A DNA stretch of 64,000 nt from Chitinophaga pinensis (GTDB taxonomy: Bacteria > Bacteroidota > Bacteroidia > SXHM01): contig CAMDBK010000001.1 in the NCBI GenBank assembly GCA_945889235.1, forward strand, positions 5,485 through 69,484, given 5' to 3'. The translations under genes and the position numbers were made by a program. The notes below the pieces were generated by a model. It did not search any database. It saw only the letters and a list, made by a program, of their open reading frames with translations, and was not told the DNA's origin. Shown piece by piece: positions 47,750 through 57,476 of the stretch; within the stretch, counting starts at the first letter, position 1, and each line of letters opens with the position of its first letter.

Positions 47750-49858
47750 AACCGCAGCAAACTTTTCTCTCTGTGCACCTCTGTGCTTGCTCTGTTGTAC
47801 TCTGTGTTCTGTTTTTCACAAAACATTGACCCTAGCAAAATTGAAATCGTTCGCGATACCTTTGGTGTTCCACACATTTTTGCAAAAACAGATGCCGAAG
47901 TTGCTTACGGTTTAGCCTGGGCAACGCTGGAAGATGATACTGCCAATGCGCAGTTTCTGTTGCTTGCCGCTAAATCACAATTAGCACGTTACTTAGGAGT
48001 TGAGGGTGCAAAAATTGATTACGCTGCACAGTTAATGGACGTTGTTAGTTTTGTGGAAGAGCATTATGAAAAAGATGTTCCTGAGGATTACAAACGTGTA
48101 CTGGAAGGATATTGTCAGGGAGCAAATGAGTATGCAAAAGCGCACCCGAAAGAGTTGTATGTAAAAGAAAAATTCTTCAATGTGCGTCCGCAGGACGCGC
48201 TGGCGGGTTATATGCTGGGATTAGCTCTGATGGGTGGTGTTGACGGAACCATCAATGATATTATCAATGGAAATATTCTTACACGAATTCCTGAAAATTT
48301 TGATGAAGGTGTGGGTTCCAACGCCATTGCGTTCAGTCCAAAAATGACAACCGATGGCAATTCGTATTTAGATATTAATTCACATCAGCCGCTGGAAGGT
48401 TTACTCTCATGGTACGAAGCTCATGTGTGCAGTGAAGAGGGCTGGAATATTACGGGTTCACTTTTTCACGGAGGCATTTCCATTTTTCACGGAACGAATG
48501 AAAACCTTGGCTGGGCGCATACTACAGGACATGTTGACGGCCTTGATGTGTACAAACTAACACTGCACCCGCGCAAAAAGAATTATTACAAATTTGATGG
48601 CAAGTGGATGAAACTGGAAACCAAACATGCCAAGCTTCGGGTGAAAATAGGGAAGAAAGAAAAGAAAGGATTTATTCTTGCCATCAGCAAAAAATACTGG
48701 AAGAGCATTTACGGACCAACACTTGTCACCAAACACGGAGTGTTCGCTTTCCGCATGCCTGCCTTGCTTACACTGAAAGCGGGTGAACAATGGTACCGCA
48801 TGAACAAGGCGAAAAACTTTGATGAATTTATGAGCGCGTTGAAAATTCAGGGCATCGCACATCAGAATGTTACGTACGCAGATAAAGATAACATCATGTT
48901 AATCGCCAACGGATTGTTTCCTGTGCGCGATTTGCATTACAACTGGAACATGGTGGTGCCGGGCGATACCTCCGCCACACTTTGGAATTCATATTATCCT
49001 GTGGAAGGACTTGCCAGTTTTATTAATCCTGATTGCGGTTATGTATTTAACGTAAATAATTCTGCTTTTGACGGAACAGGAAAAGATTGTAATCTGGATG
49101 GCACCTGCTACAGCCCTACCATGGGTTATCAGTTGGAAGTAAACAACCGCAGTCTTCGCTTTTATGAACTGATGGAACAATATAAAAGCGTGAACTACGA
49201 AGATTTTAAACGTATAAAATTTGACTACACCTATCCGCAAAAAATAAAATTCCTCCGCGATTTTCCATTGGATGAGTTTATGACGTTGGATGAAGAAAAA
49301 TATCCTGACATAGCTGATGCCATAAAAAAGATAAAAGCATTTGACCGCAGTGCCGATACGCTGGATATGAATTTTTCAATTGTATTGCTTTCGATGTTGA
49401 AGTTGTATGAAAACAGCGGTGGCAAAGAAGACAGCCTGCGCAAAAGCAAAGAGTACAGAATTGAAATGGCAGTAAAAAGTATTCGCCAGGGGAAGGAGCA
49501 TTTGATAAAATACTTTGGCAGCATTGATATTCCGCTTTCAAAAGTTCAGGTGTTGGAGCGAGGTGGAAAAGCATTGCCTATTAATGGTTGTCCTGATTGT
49601 ATTCGTGCAGCGTATTCAAATCCAATGGCTGACGGGCGTATGCGCATTTGGATTGGCGATAGTTTTGTGCAATTAGTAAAATTCACCAAAGCCGGACCTG
49701 AGATTGAAAGCATACATTCCTACGGTGCTTCCAATCGTCCTTACAGCAAGCATTACAATGACCAGATGGAATTGTTTGTGGCGCAGAAACTGAAGAAACG
49801 TTCGCTTAATAAAGAAGAGGTTTACAAAAGCGCGGAACGGATTTATCATCCGCAGTAG
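47744..49858 (+). CDS. Penicillin acylase-family Ntn hydrolase (S45), candidate acyl-homoserine-lactone acylase
   Basis: Signal peptide. GSNAIAFSP nucleophile-Ser region as in the PGA beta-subunit N-terminus. 704 aa. Confidence 0.7.
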   Translation: MTNRSKLFSLCTSVLALLYSVFCFSQNIDPSKIEIVRDTFGVPHIFAKTDAEVAYGLAWATLEDDTANAQFLLLAAKSQLARYLGVEGAKIDYAAQLMDVVSFVEEHYEKDVPEDYKRVLEGYCQGANEYAKAHPKELYVKEKFFNVRPQDALAGYMLGLALMGGVDGTINDIINGNILTRIPENFDEGVGSNAIAFSPKMTTDGNSYLDINSHQPLEGLLSWYEAHVCSEEGWNITGSLFHGGISIFHGTNENLGWAHTTGHVDGLDVYKLTLHPRKKNYYKFDGKWMKLETKHAKLRVKIGKKEKKGFILAISKKYWKSIYGPTLVTKHGVFAFRMPALLTLKAGEQWYRMNKAKNFDEFMSALKIQGIAHQNVTYADKDNIMLIANGLFPVRDLHYNWNMVVPGDTSATLWNSYYPVEGLASFINPDCGYVFNVNNSAFDGTGKDCNLDGTCYSPTMGYQLEVNNRSLRFYELMEQYKSVNYEDFKRIKFDYTYPQKIKFLRDFPLDEFMTLDEEKYPDIADAIKKIKAFDRSADTLDMNFSIVLLSMLKLYENSGGKEDSLRKSKEYRIEMAVKSIRQGKEHLIKYFGSIDIPLSKVQVLERGGKALPINGCPDCIRAAYSNPMADGRMRIWIGDSFVQLVKFTKAGPEIESIHSYGASNRPYSKHYNDQMELFVAQKLKKRSLNKEEVYKSAERIYHPQ

Positions 49859-49924
49859 AATTGAATAACTGGAATCCTTTACTTGTATTTGTCATTTTGA
49901 GTTCGGCAATTACTGTACTGTACT

Positions 49925-50371
49925 CTACTTATTCTCCGTAGCTTTAGTTGATTTTCGGTAAGGGTAACTTTCAAAAATATGTCGTCTCGCAAAACGGATT
50001 CGGTTATCTGAATTGATGAACTTGTTGTAAGCGTTTTTAGGAACACCAAAATATTCATACGCACTTCCATCCGTAAAAATAACTTTCAGCGTTTGTCCTT
50101 TATAACGGAAATCATCAATACCCGAGGCCGTTATAGTGGCGGTATATTCTGCTTTGTATTGCAGATGTGTTTCGGGCGAAAGACTTACCAGAAAATGATA
50201 CGCCTCAATAATTTCTTTGCTTTTCAATTCCGCTTCAGCATGGGCAGTTACATCCTGAAACTTATCAGGATGCCACTCTTTCATTAAGTTGCGGTAAATG
50301 GTTTTTAACTCGGCAAGATTGGCTTCGCTTGTAATGCCAAATAGTTTTCGGTAATCAGTAATACGTTTCAT
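49925..50371 (-). CDS. J-domain protein with C-terminal KTSC domain
   Basis: HPDK J-domain motif (WHPDKF). KTSC-like C-terminus LKVIFTDGSAYEYFGVPKNAYNKFINS. Confidence 0.55.
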   Translation of the reverse strand: MKRITDYRKLFGITSEANLAELKTIYRNLMKEWHPDKFQDVTAHAEAELKSKEIIEAYHFLVSLSPETHLQYKAEYTATITASGIDDFRYKGQTLKVIFTDGSAYEYFGVPKNAYNKFINSDNRIRFARRHIFESYPYRKSTKATENK

Positions 50372-50401
50372 AGGTCTGCTAAAAAGGGCGCAATCATACG
50401 A

Positions 50402-51583
50402 CTATTCAAACGCATTAAACCCTGTAACATCCATTCCGGTTATCAGCAAATGAATATCGTGCGTGCCTTCGTAGGTTACCACCGATTCCAAATTCATCAT
50501 GTGGCGCATAATAGGGTACTCCCCTGTAATGCCCATTCCGCCTAACATCTGGCGGGCGGTGCGTGTAATCTCCAACGCCATGTTTACATTATTTCTTTTT
50601 GCCATGGATATTTGTTGAGGCGAAGCGCGATGTTCGTTTTTCAACACTCCCAGTCTCCAGCTCAATAATTGCGCTTTGGTAATTTCAGTAATCATCTCGG
50701 CTAATTTCTTTTGCTGCAACTGAAAAGCACCAATCGGTTTCCCGAATTGAATACGCTGTTTTGAATAACGTAATGCTGCATCATAACAATCCATTGCCGC
50801 ACCAATTACTCCCCATGAAATTCCGTAGCGCGCAGAATTCAAACAACCCAACGGACCTTTTAATCCTTTTACGTTCGGAAAAATATTTTCTTTAGGAACT
50901 TTTACATTATCAAAAACCAATTCCCCCGTTGCAGATGCGCGAAGCGACCATTTGCCATGCGTTTCTGGAGTAGTGAAACCTGCCATTCCTCTTTCCACCA
51001 CCAAACCATGTATAACACCGTGTTCGTTTTTTGCCCAAACAACAGCAATGTCTGCAAAGGGCGCATTGGAAATCCACATTTTTGCTCCGTTCAAAATCAC
51101 ATGGTCGTCTGCATCTTTAAAATTGGTAATCATTCCGTTTGGGTTCGAACCGTGGTCGGGTTCAGTCAAACCAAAGCAGCCCATTAGTTCACCGGCAGCA
51201 AGTTTTGGTAAATATTTTTTCTTCTGTTCTTCAGAGCCATACGTAAAAATAGGATACATCACCAACGAGCTTTGGACCGAAGCAGTGGAACGAATTCCTG
51301 AATCACCGCGTTCCAGTTCCTGCATAATTAATCCGTAAGAAATCTGGTCTAATCCCGCACCACCATATTCCGTTGGAATGTAGGGACCAAATGCACCAAT
51401 GCTTGCCAAACCTTTAATCAGATGTTTTGGGAATTCAGCTTTCTGGCAGGCGTCTTCAATAATAGGTGAAACTTCTTTTTTCACCCAGGCGCGAACCGAA
51501 TCGCGTACAAGTTTTTGTTCATCAGTAAGCAACTCATCAATAAGATAATAATCGGGTGCCTGGAAAAGATCGGTGCGTGCCAT
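50402..51583 (-). CDS. Acyl-CoA dehydrogenase (glutaryl-CoA dehydrogenase-like)
   Basis: ACAD N, middle and C domains. 393 aa. GLTEPDHGSNPN region. Confidence 0.8.
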   Translation of the reverse strand: MARTDLFQAPDYYLIDELLTDEQKLVRDSVRAWVKKEVSPIIEDACQKAEFPKHLIKGLASIGAFGPYIPTEYGGAGLDQISYGLIMQELERGDSGIRSTASVQSSLVMYPIFTYGSEEQKKKYLPKLAAGELMGCFGLTEPDHGSNPNGMITNFKDADDHVILNGAKMWISNAPFADIAVVWAKNEHGVIHGLVVERGMAGFTTPETHGKWSLRASATGELVFDNVKVPKENIFPNVKGLKGPLGCLNSARYGISWGVIGAAMDCYDAALRYSKQRIQFGKPIGAFQLQQKKLAEMITEITKAQLLSWRLGVLKNEHRASPQQISMAKRNNVNMALEITRTARQMLGGMGITGEYPIMRHMMNLESVVTYEGTHDIHLLITGMDVTGFNAFE

Positions 51584-51641
51584 AGTTTAAATTTTTGGCG
51601 AAATTAGTTATTTTTGTTCCTAACCAATTAACCCTTTTAGC

Positions 51642-52340
51642 ATGAAGCATATTCTTCCACTGATGTTTATAGCTGCTATTGTTTTTGCAGCCTGCAAAAG
51701 CAACGAAACCGGAAACTCAAAAGATGTGGCGCAGGACCAGATTTACCGCCACTACGAAATAAAATTTGAAGAAGCTGATTATACAACTCAGGTAGATGCA
51801 GGTTTCCGTTTTGCAGGCGATAAAGGAACAACGCTGGTTTTAAATGCACCTTCAAAAATTACTGCTAACAATGTTGAACTGGTGGAAAAAACCATGTTGT
51901 TAGGCGGAGCTTATTACGGTGAACCCTATCCCATAAAATGCCCCGACAAAAAAATAGTTGTTACCTATACCGATAACAAAGAAAACGTGCTTACCGAAAC
52001 TTATAACGCAGGAAACGTAACGTTTACAGAAAAGTCAGATACATTTTATCTTGGCAAAAGTTTAACCATTCCTTTCTCCGTTTCAGGTGGCGATAAGGCA
52101 GATAATTATGAAATTAATTTGCGTGATTCAAAACAGCAAAACATCAGTTTTTATTCTAAATCTGCAACTGAAAATGTGTTTGAAATTCCCGGCAGCGCAA
52201 CCGATACATTAGCCAAAGGCGAAATGCTCTTGCAGATTATTTCGCACAAACAAAAAGAACTGGACAACCATTCAACCCTTGGCGGAACGGCAGATTTTTC
52301 TTGTCTGTACACACCGGTAACGGTGGTGGCAGTGAAGTAA
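51642..52340 (+). CDS. Lipoprotein, hypothetical
   Basis: Lipobox AIVFAACKSNE. 232 aa. Confidence 0.4.
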   Translation: MKHILPLMFIAAIVFAACKSNETGNSKDVAQDQIYRHYEIKFEEADYTTQVDAGFRFAGDKGTTLVLNAPSKITANNVELVEKTMLLGGAYYGEPYPIKCPDKKIVVTYTDNKENVLTETYNAGNVTFTEKSDTFYLGKSLTIPFSVSGGDKADNYEINLRDSKQQNISFYSKSATENVFEIPGSATDTLAKGEMLLQIISHKQKELDNHSTLGGTADFSCLYTPVTVVAVK

Positions 52341-52356
52341 GAAGTAAATTAGTTCC

Positions 52357-52425
52357 CGTCATGTTGAACTTGTTTCAGCATCTCACACTTTAACAACAAG
52401 ACCCTGAAACGAGTTCAGGGTGACG
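52357..52425. repeat. Two-hairpin palindromic element, type A (inverted orientation)
   Basis: CGTCATGTTGAACTTGTTTCAGCATC..GACCCTGAAACGAGTTCAGGGTGACG. Lies between convergent stops. Confidence 0.7.
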
Positions 52426-52431
52426 GGTTGC

Positions 52432-53595
52432 CTAAACCTTCTCCAGTGCCTGTCTTAAATCTTCAATTATTTCTTCGGGCTCTTCCAGCCCAACATAAAA
52501 ACGGATATGATTCCATGGAAGTTCTGTTGCTCCGTAATTCTGTGAATCATACAATGTGCAGGTAGGGAAAATCAATGACTCATGTCCGCCCCATGAACAC
52601 GCGAGAAGAAAACGTTTCAATGAATTGCAGAACGCTTCAACCGCTGTAATATCCTTTGCTTTCAGTTGTGCCGAAAACATTCCGCCTGTTCCGCTCATCT
52701 GTGATTTTGCCAGTTCATACTGCGGATTACTTTTTGAAAAAGGGAAAAATACTTTATCCACTTTAGGATGATTTTCTAAAAACTCAACAACCTTTGCAGC
52801 GGTAGTGTTCGTGCGCTCTACACGTAATCGCAAGGTGCGCAAACCAAGCAACATCAGCCATGCATCGTTAGGAGAAATTATTCCACCCAGTGTCATAAAC
52901 TCACTCTGAAAAATTTCTGCAATTTTCTTTTTGCTTCCTGTCAACACTCCTGCAACAATATCACTATGGCCTCCAAAATATTTGCTCGCGCTGTGCACCG
53001 TCATATCAATTCCCATTTCAATCGGGCGTTGAAAAATGGGTGTTGCATAACTGTTATCAATCAGCGTGGTAATGTTGTGTTGCTTCGCTAACGCAGCCAC
53101 CGCGCGTATATCCTGCATTTCAAATGTTACCGAATTCGGACTTTCAAGAATGATGAGTCTGGTATTTGGTTTTAGTGCAGCACGGAAATTTTCAATATCC
53201 CTTCCATCCACCATCGTGCTTTCAACAGCATAATGAATGAGTAATTTATTAAGCAGTTTGTAAGTCCAGCTGTACGGTTTTTTCACACAAATAACATGTT
53301 CACCACCTTTAACGCAACTCATCACACCTGCAGCCATAGCGGCACTTCCACTACCAAAAATCAACGCATCTTCAGCACTTTCCAATGCGGCAACTTTTTC
53401 GCGAAGAATAGAAACTGTTGGATTAACACCACGCGTGTAAAACGGAACGCTATCTTCGTTTTTCAATGCTTCGCGCATTTCTGCAACCGTTGTAAAACAG
53501 AAATTACTGCTTTGAAAAATAGGTGGTGAAACCGAGCCGAAATATTTTTCGCGCTCTTCACCAAGATGATTTAAAATGTGGGAAATGTCGTTCAT
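52432..53595 (-). CDS. PLP-dependent Cys/Met-metabolism enzyme (cystathionine gamma-synthase / gamma-lyase / sulfhydrylase family)
   Basis: SASKYFGGHSD PLP-Lys motif. 387 aa. Confidence 0.75.
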   Translation of the reverse strand: MNDISHILNHLGEEREKYFGSVSPPIFQSSNFCFTTVAEMREALKNEDSVPFYTRGVNPTVSILREKVAALESAEDALIFGSGSAAMAAGVMSCVKGGEHVICVKKPYSWTYKLLNKLLIHYAVESTMVDGRDIENFRAALKPNTRLIILESPNSVTFEMQDIRAVAALAKQHNITTLIDNSYATPIFQRPIEMGIDMTVHSASKYFGGHSDIVAGVLTGSKKKIAEIFQSEFMTLGGIISPNDAWLMLLGLRTLRLRVERTNTTAAKVVEFLENHPKVDKVFFPFSKSNPQYELAKSQMSGTGGMFSAQLKAKDITAVEAFCNSLKRFLLACSWGGHESLIFPTCTLYDSQNYGATELPWNHIRFYVGLEEPEEIIEDLRQALEKV

Positions 53596-53667
53596 AGATT
53601 TGTATAATAAACAAACCCCTCGTTTTAAGGAAGGGTTTGTTCAAAGATTAAGTAACAAAGCACTGTA

Positions 53668-53820
53668 TTATTTTGGTTTTACAGCTATGCTGTCAATAGT
53701 TGTAGACGCTGCAATGCTGTCTGATGTGGTTGTTCCTGATGTTGTTGTTTTTGCTTTATCACAAGATGCTGCTATTACTACTAATGCTGCAACTGATGCG
53801 AAATAGAATATTTTTTTCAT
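53668..53820 (-). CDS. Small lipoprotein (50 aa), absent from the ORF track
   Basis: Hand translation gives MKKIFYFASVAALVVIAASCDKAKTTTSGTTTSDSIAASTTIDSIAVKPK. Lipobox IAASC. Confidence 0.3.
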   Translation of the reverse strand: MKKIFYFASVAALVVIAASCDKAKTTTSGTTTSDSIAASTTIDSIAVKPK

Positions 53821-53877
53821 ACTTATTGTTTTGGGTTTTAAATTTATAATTGGAATTAGATTTCTATTTTATTTTTC

Positions 53878-54744
53878 TTACTCAGTAACAATAACAAGGT
53901 ATTTTGACGAGCGCCAGAATGCTTTGTAATCACTGATGCTCAAACTATCTGCGTGTTTCTTATCAGCGTGCAATGTATAAGATGATGTAGGATGGTCGGT
54001 AACAATTTTTGCTTTTTTAGCATTGATTACAATTGCTCCGGTTTTAGTTACATCTACTTTGGTAAACAGGTTCTGGTCAAAATCTTTGTTGATGTTTGCT
54101 GTGCGCCCCATACCAATAAAGCCGCCTTCTTTGGTAATGATTTTAGATTCTTTCAGTGCTTTTTCGGTTCCTAGAATATAATAAGCTGTGTTCAATTCGC
54201 TTACTTTTTCTTCAATCACTTTTGTTTTTCCTTCGCTTTCCATTGCCAGTTGGTCAACTTGTGCAGTAAGGTTTTCAACTACAATATCCAATTTTGCCAA
54301 CTCGTCTTTCAATGAATTAATCTGTGCATCACGTTCAGCTAATTGCTTTTCTAAATTCTCAATCATCTTTTTAAGATTGGAAGTATAGCCTTTTTCGTTT
54401 TTCAGTTTCTTCTGCAACTCATCAATCTTTTTTCTGTTTTTAAGCGACAAGTCATAAATCAATTGAATATCCTGTTTGATTTGTTCTTTGCGGTCGGCAC
54501 CCATCTCCACACCGGTTGCAGTGTTGGCAGTAATGATTCCTTCTTTTGTTTTTATGCTGTCGAGGTTAAACTGTATCTCGTTATAGGCATTCACAAAATC
54601 GTTGATAGTATGTGCATCACCACCAATCTGCTCCTGCAGTTTAAGGTTATCTGCTTCCAGTTGTTTCAGTTTTTCTTCCTGTTCTTTATTCGTGCAGCTT
54701 GCAAAAATTGCGGCTGCCATGAAGAGGGCAAATAGCTTGTTCAT
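53878..54744 (-). CDS. Coiled-coil lipoprotein, hypothetical
   Basis: Lipobox IFASCTNK. Long heptad-rich region. Confidence 0.4.
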   Translation of the reverse strand: MNKLFALFMAAAIFASCTNKEQEEKLKQLEADNLKLQEQIGGDAHTINDFVNAYNEIQFNLDSIKTKEGIITANTATGVEMGADRKEQIKQDIQLIYDLSLKNRKKIDELQKKLKNEKGYTSNLKKMIENLEKQLAERDAQINSLKDELAKLDIVVENLTAQVDQLAMESEGKTKVIEEKVSELNTAYYILGTEKALKESKIITKEGGFIGMGRTANINKDFDQNLFTKVDVTKTGAIVINAKKAKIVTDHPTSSYTLHADKKHADSLSISDYKAFWRSSKYLVIVTE

Positions 54745-54832
54745 GATTTTGCGTTTTAGTTAGGACGCAAAAGTAAACGAATTCTTTTGACTCGTTAAGA
54801 AACTAAAACATGAACAACTGAAAAGAAAAAAA

Positions 54833-55234
54833 TTATTTGCTGTAAACCGCAGTAACATTATCTGTTCCACCGGCTGAAACGGTATACGTCATATTAATGT
54901 GTGTGCCACTGAGAACACCGCTTCCCGCAACATTGAGGTTATCTACCAACTGTGCATTTAGTGTAAGTGAATTACCGCTTACAATTGCTTTTGCAGATTT
55001 TGAAAAACCAAGATTATAAAAGTTGCTGATTAAAATAGCGGTGCTGTCGGTAGTAGATTTTGTAATGCTAACGTTATATGAAGATGTTCCGAGTTGAGAA
55101 CTGCTTTCCTGACAAATCCAGTTGCCTGTGTAATCATCGCGTTTATCAAAATTAAGATCTTCGGTGGTACAAGATGTAAGTGCAACAGCAATGCTGAATG
55201 CTACAAGTGCAATTTTATTTTTCAAGGTTTTCAT
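54833..55234 (-). CDS. Lipoprotein, hypothetical (133 aa)
   Basis: Lipobox ALTSCTTED. Confidence 0.4.
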   Translation of the reverse strand: MKTLKNKIALVAFSIAVALTSCTTEDLNFDKRDDYTGNWICQESSSQLGTSSYNVSITKSTTDSTAILISNFYNLGFSKSAKAIVSGNSLTLNAQLVDNLNVAGSGVLSGTHINMTYTVSAGGTDNVTAVYSK

Positions 55235-55320
55235 GTGTAAATTTTTTTGTGAGATGTGGTCAGCAAAAACAATTTTGATGCCATAAAAATAATTAAACCA
55301 TTTTTGTAAAAAAATAAAAG

Positions 55321-56376
55321 ATGGAACAAACCCCTTTACTGATTTACGGAGCCTACGGCTACACAGGAGAATTAATTACAGAGAATGCAGTAAAGAAAGG
55401 CTGGAAACCTTTGCTGGCAGGTCGTAACGAAGAAAAATTAAAAACACTTGCAAATCGTTTTGGACTCGAATATGTAGTGTTTGATGTAAACGAAAAAGAA
55501 AAACTGCTCGCTGCTTTGCAAGGAAAAAAAGTGTTGCTCCACTGTGGCGGACCGTTTGCACATACTTACAAACAAATGATTAATGCCTGTTTGCAAACGC
55601 AAACACATTATCTTGATATTACAGGCGAAATAGCAGTGTTTGAAGGTTCGGCAACAAGAAATGAAGAAGCAAAAAAAGCAGGAATAATGTTGATGCCCGG
55701 AACCGGCTTTGATGTAGTACCAAGTGATTGCATGGCTGCTTATTTGAAAAAACAATTACCGGATGCAACAAGTCTTAAACTTGCTTTTACAAGCCTGGGA
55801 AAAATGTCACGCGGAACTTCATTAACCATGGTTGAAAACATTGGAGCAGGAGGAGCAATGCGCAAAAACGGAAAAATTATATCTGTTCCAAATGCACACG
55901 ATGTGCGCGAATTTCCGTTCGGTGAAAAGAAAATTCTTTGCGCCACTATTCCCTGGGGTGATGTGTCAACAGCTTATTACAGCACCAAAATTCCAACTAT
56001 TGAAACATATATGTCTGCTTCTCCGGCAATGGTGAAATCTATGAAGATGGGAAATTATATCGGGTGGTTATTATCAACTTCTTTCGTGCAAAATTACCTG
56101 AAAGCGAAAGTAAATAAACGCAAACCCGGGCCCGATGAACAGGAACGAAAAAACGGTTACAGTATTTTTTACGGTGAAGTAATAAATACAAAAGGAGAAA
56201 AGAAATCAGCCGGAATGCAAACACCCGAAGGATACACACTAACCGCTGCAACCGCTGTAAACATTGCAGAAAAAGTGTTGAACGGAAATTTCAAAACCGG
56301 ATATATGACTCCGTCAATGGCTTATGGTGCTGATTTAATTCTTGAAACGGATGGAACAAAACGATATGATATATAG
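55321..56376 (+). CDS. Saccharopine dehydrogenase-like NAD(P)-binding oxidoreductase
   Basis: N-terminal LLIYGAYGYTGELI Rossmann motif. 351 aa. Confidence 0.65.
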   Translation: MEQTPLLIYGAYGYTGELITENAVKKGWKPLLAGRNEEKLKTLANRFGLEYVVFDVNEKEKLLAALQGKKVLLHCGGPFAHTYKQMINACLQTQTHYLDITGEIAVFEGSATRNEEAKKAGIMLMPGTGFDVVPSDCMAAYLKKQLPDATSLKLAFTSLGKMSRGTSLTMVENIGAGGAMRKNGKIISVPNAHDVREFPFGEKKILCATIPWGDVSTAYYSTKIPTIETYMSASPAMVKSMKMGNYIGWLLSTSFVQNYLKAKVNKRKPGPDEQERKNGYSIFYGEVINTKGEKKSAGMQTPEGYTLTAATAVNIAEKVLNGNFKTGYMTPSMAYGADLILETDGTKRYDI

Positions 56377-56383
56377 ATTGTTT

Positions 56384-57466
56384 TTACACCGCCACTCCTA
56401 CCAGCATCATATCATCCAGCTGGCGGGCTGATTTTTTCCAGTTATCAATTTCAACTGAAAAGGCTTTTTCCTGTTCGGCTGAGGGTTTGGTATAATTAGC
56501 TGCCATGTTTTTGCGCAGGCGGGTAAGTCCGAACTTTTCATCATTGGCATTAAACTGGTCGGTTATGCCATCGCTGAACATATAGATGCGGTCGCCTGTT
56601 TGGTAGGGAATAGTTTGTGTGGAGTACTTGAATCCGGGTTTGAAATGGAAGCCTCCAAGACTGAAAAAATCTGCTTTCACTTCTTTCATATCTCCGTTAG
56701 CACTTATATAACACAGTCCCATTCCGGCTCCTGAAAAGTCAATTGTTTTTTGTTTGGTATCAATGCGGCACAGTGCCATTTCCATTCCATCGTGCACTTC
56801 TGAATCGCGTTTCTGATTCAGTGTTTTCTGTATCTCTATGTGTATGGTGTCTAATATTTCGGCTGTGCCGGCATGTTTATTTTCGCTGGTTATTTTGTTG
56901 AGCAGACAGTACCCTATCAGTGACATAAATGCACCGGGAACTCCGTGCCCTGTACAATCCACCGCTGCTATATATATATATCCGTTTGATTTATGATACC
57001 ATAAAAAATCACCGCTTACCACATCACGCGGGCGGAACAAAAAGAAGGAACCGGGAAAATCGGTTTTCATTTGTTCGGCATTTGAAATCAATGCTAACTG
57101 TATGCGCTGCGCGTAATCTATACTCTGCGATATTTTTTCAAGTGATTTGCTTAGATCTTTTTGTGCTAGTGAAAGTTCACTGTTCTTTTCATGCAAATCA
57201 CGGGTGCGGTCCTGCACCTTCTGTTCAAGGTTTTGATTCATTTGCATTACCTCATCCTGTTTTATTCCGGCAAGCATGGCAAACAACCCCAGAAACAAGG
57301 GTGCGCTGTCAATAACCCAATGCAGGGGCTGTGTGTGTTGAACCTGTTTTATGCTGTCTATTGTAAAAGGGAGACCCTGAATAAGAACATCTAAAATACT
57401 TGAGATTACAGGAAAACAGAAGCCAAAAAGGGCTCCGTAAATAAAGTAGCGTGTTCTGTAATTCAT
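56384..57466 (-). CDS. Membrane-anchored PP2C/SpoIIE-family Ser/Thr phosphatase (SiaA/RsbU-like)
   Basis: Two N-terminal TM helices and a coiled-coil. PP2C motifs DCTGHGVPGAFMS, MFSDGITDQF and a C-terminal DD. Confidence 0.7.
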   Translation of the reverse strand: MNYRTRYFIYGALFGFCFPVISSILDVLIQGLPFTIDSIKQVQHTQPLHWVIDSAPLFLGLFAMLAGIKQDEVMQMNQNLEQKVQDRTRDLHEKNSELSLAQKDLSKSLEKISQSIDYAQRIQLALISNAEQMKTDFPGSFFLFRPRDVVSGDFLWYHKSNGYIYIAAVDCTGHGVPGAFMSLIGYCLLNKITSENKHAGTAEILDTIHIEIQKTLNQKRDSEVHDGMEMALCRIDTKQKTIDFSGAGMGLCYISANGDMKEVKADFFSLGGFHFKPGFKYSTQTIPYQTGDRIYMFSDGITDQFNANDEKFGLTRLRKNMAANYTKPSAEQEKAFSVEIDNWKKSARQLDDMMLVGVAV

Positions 57467-57476
57467 TGGTTCTAAT

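Noticed and set aside
51135-51165. tRNA-like GGGTTCGAACCGTGGTCGGGTTCAG string (T-arm-like GGTTCGAA)
   Set aside because: It lies in frame inside the well-supported acyl-CoA dehydrogenase CDS, with no acceptor stem or anticodon arm context. I recognised no tRNA, rRNA or tmRNA anywhere in the window.
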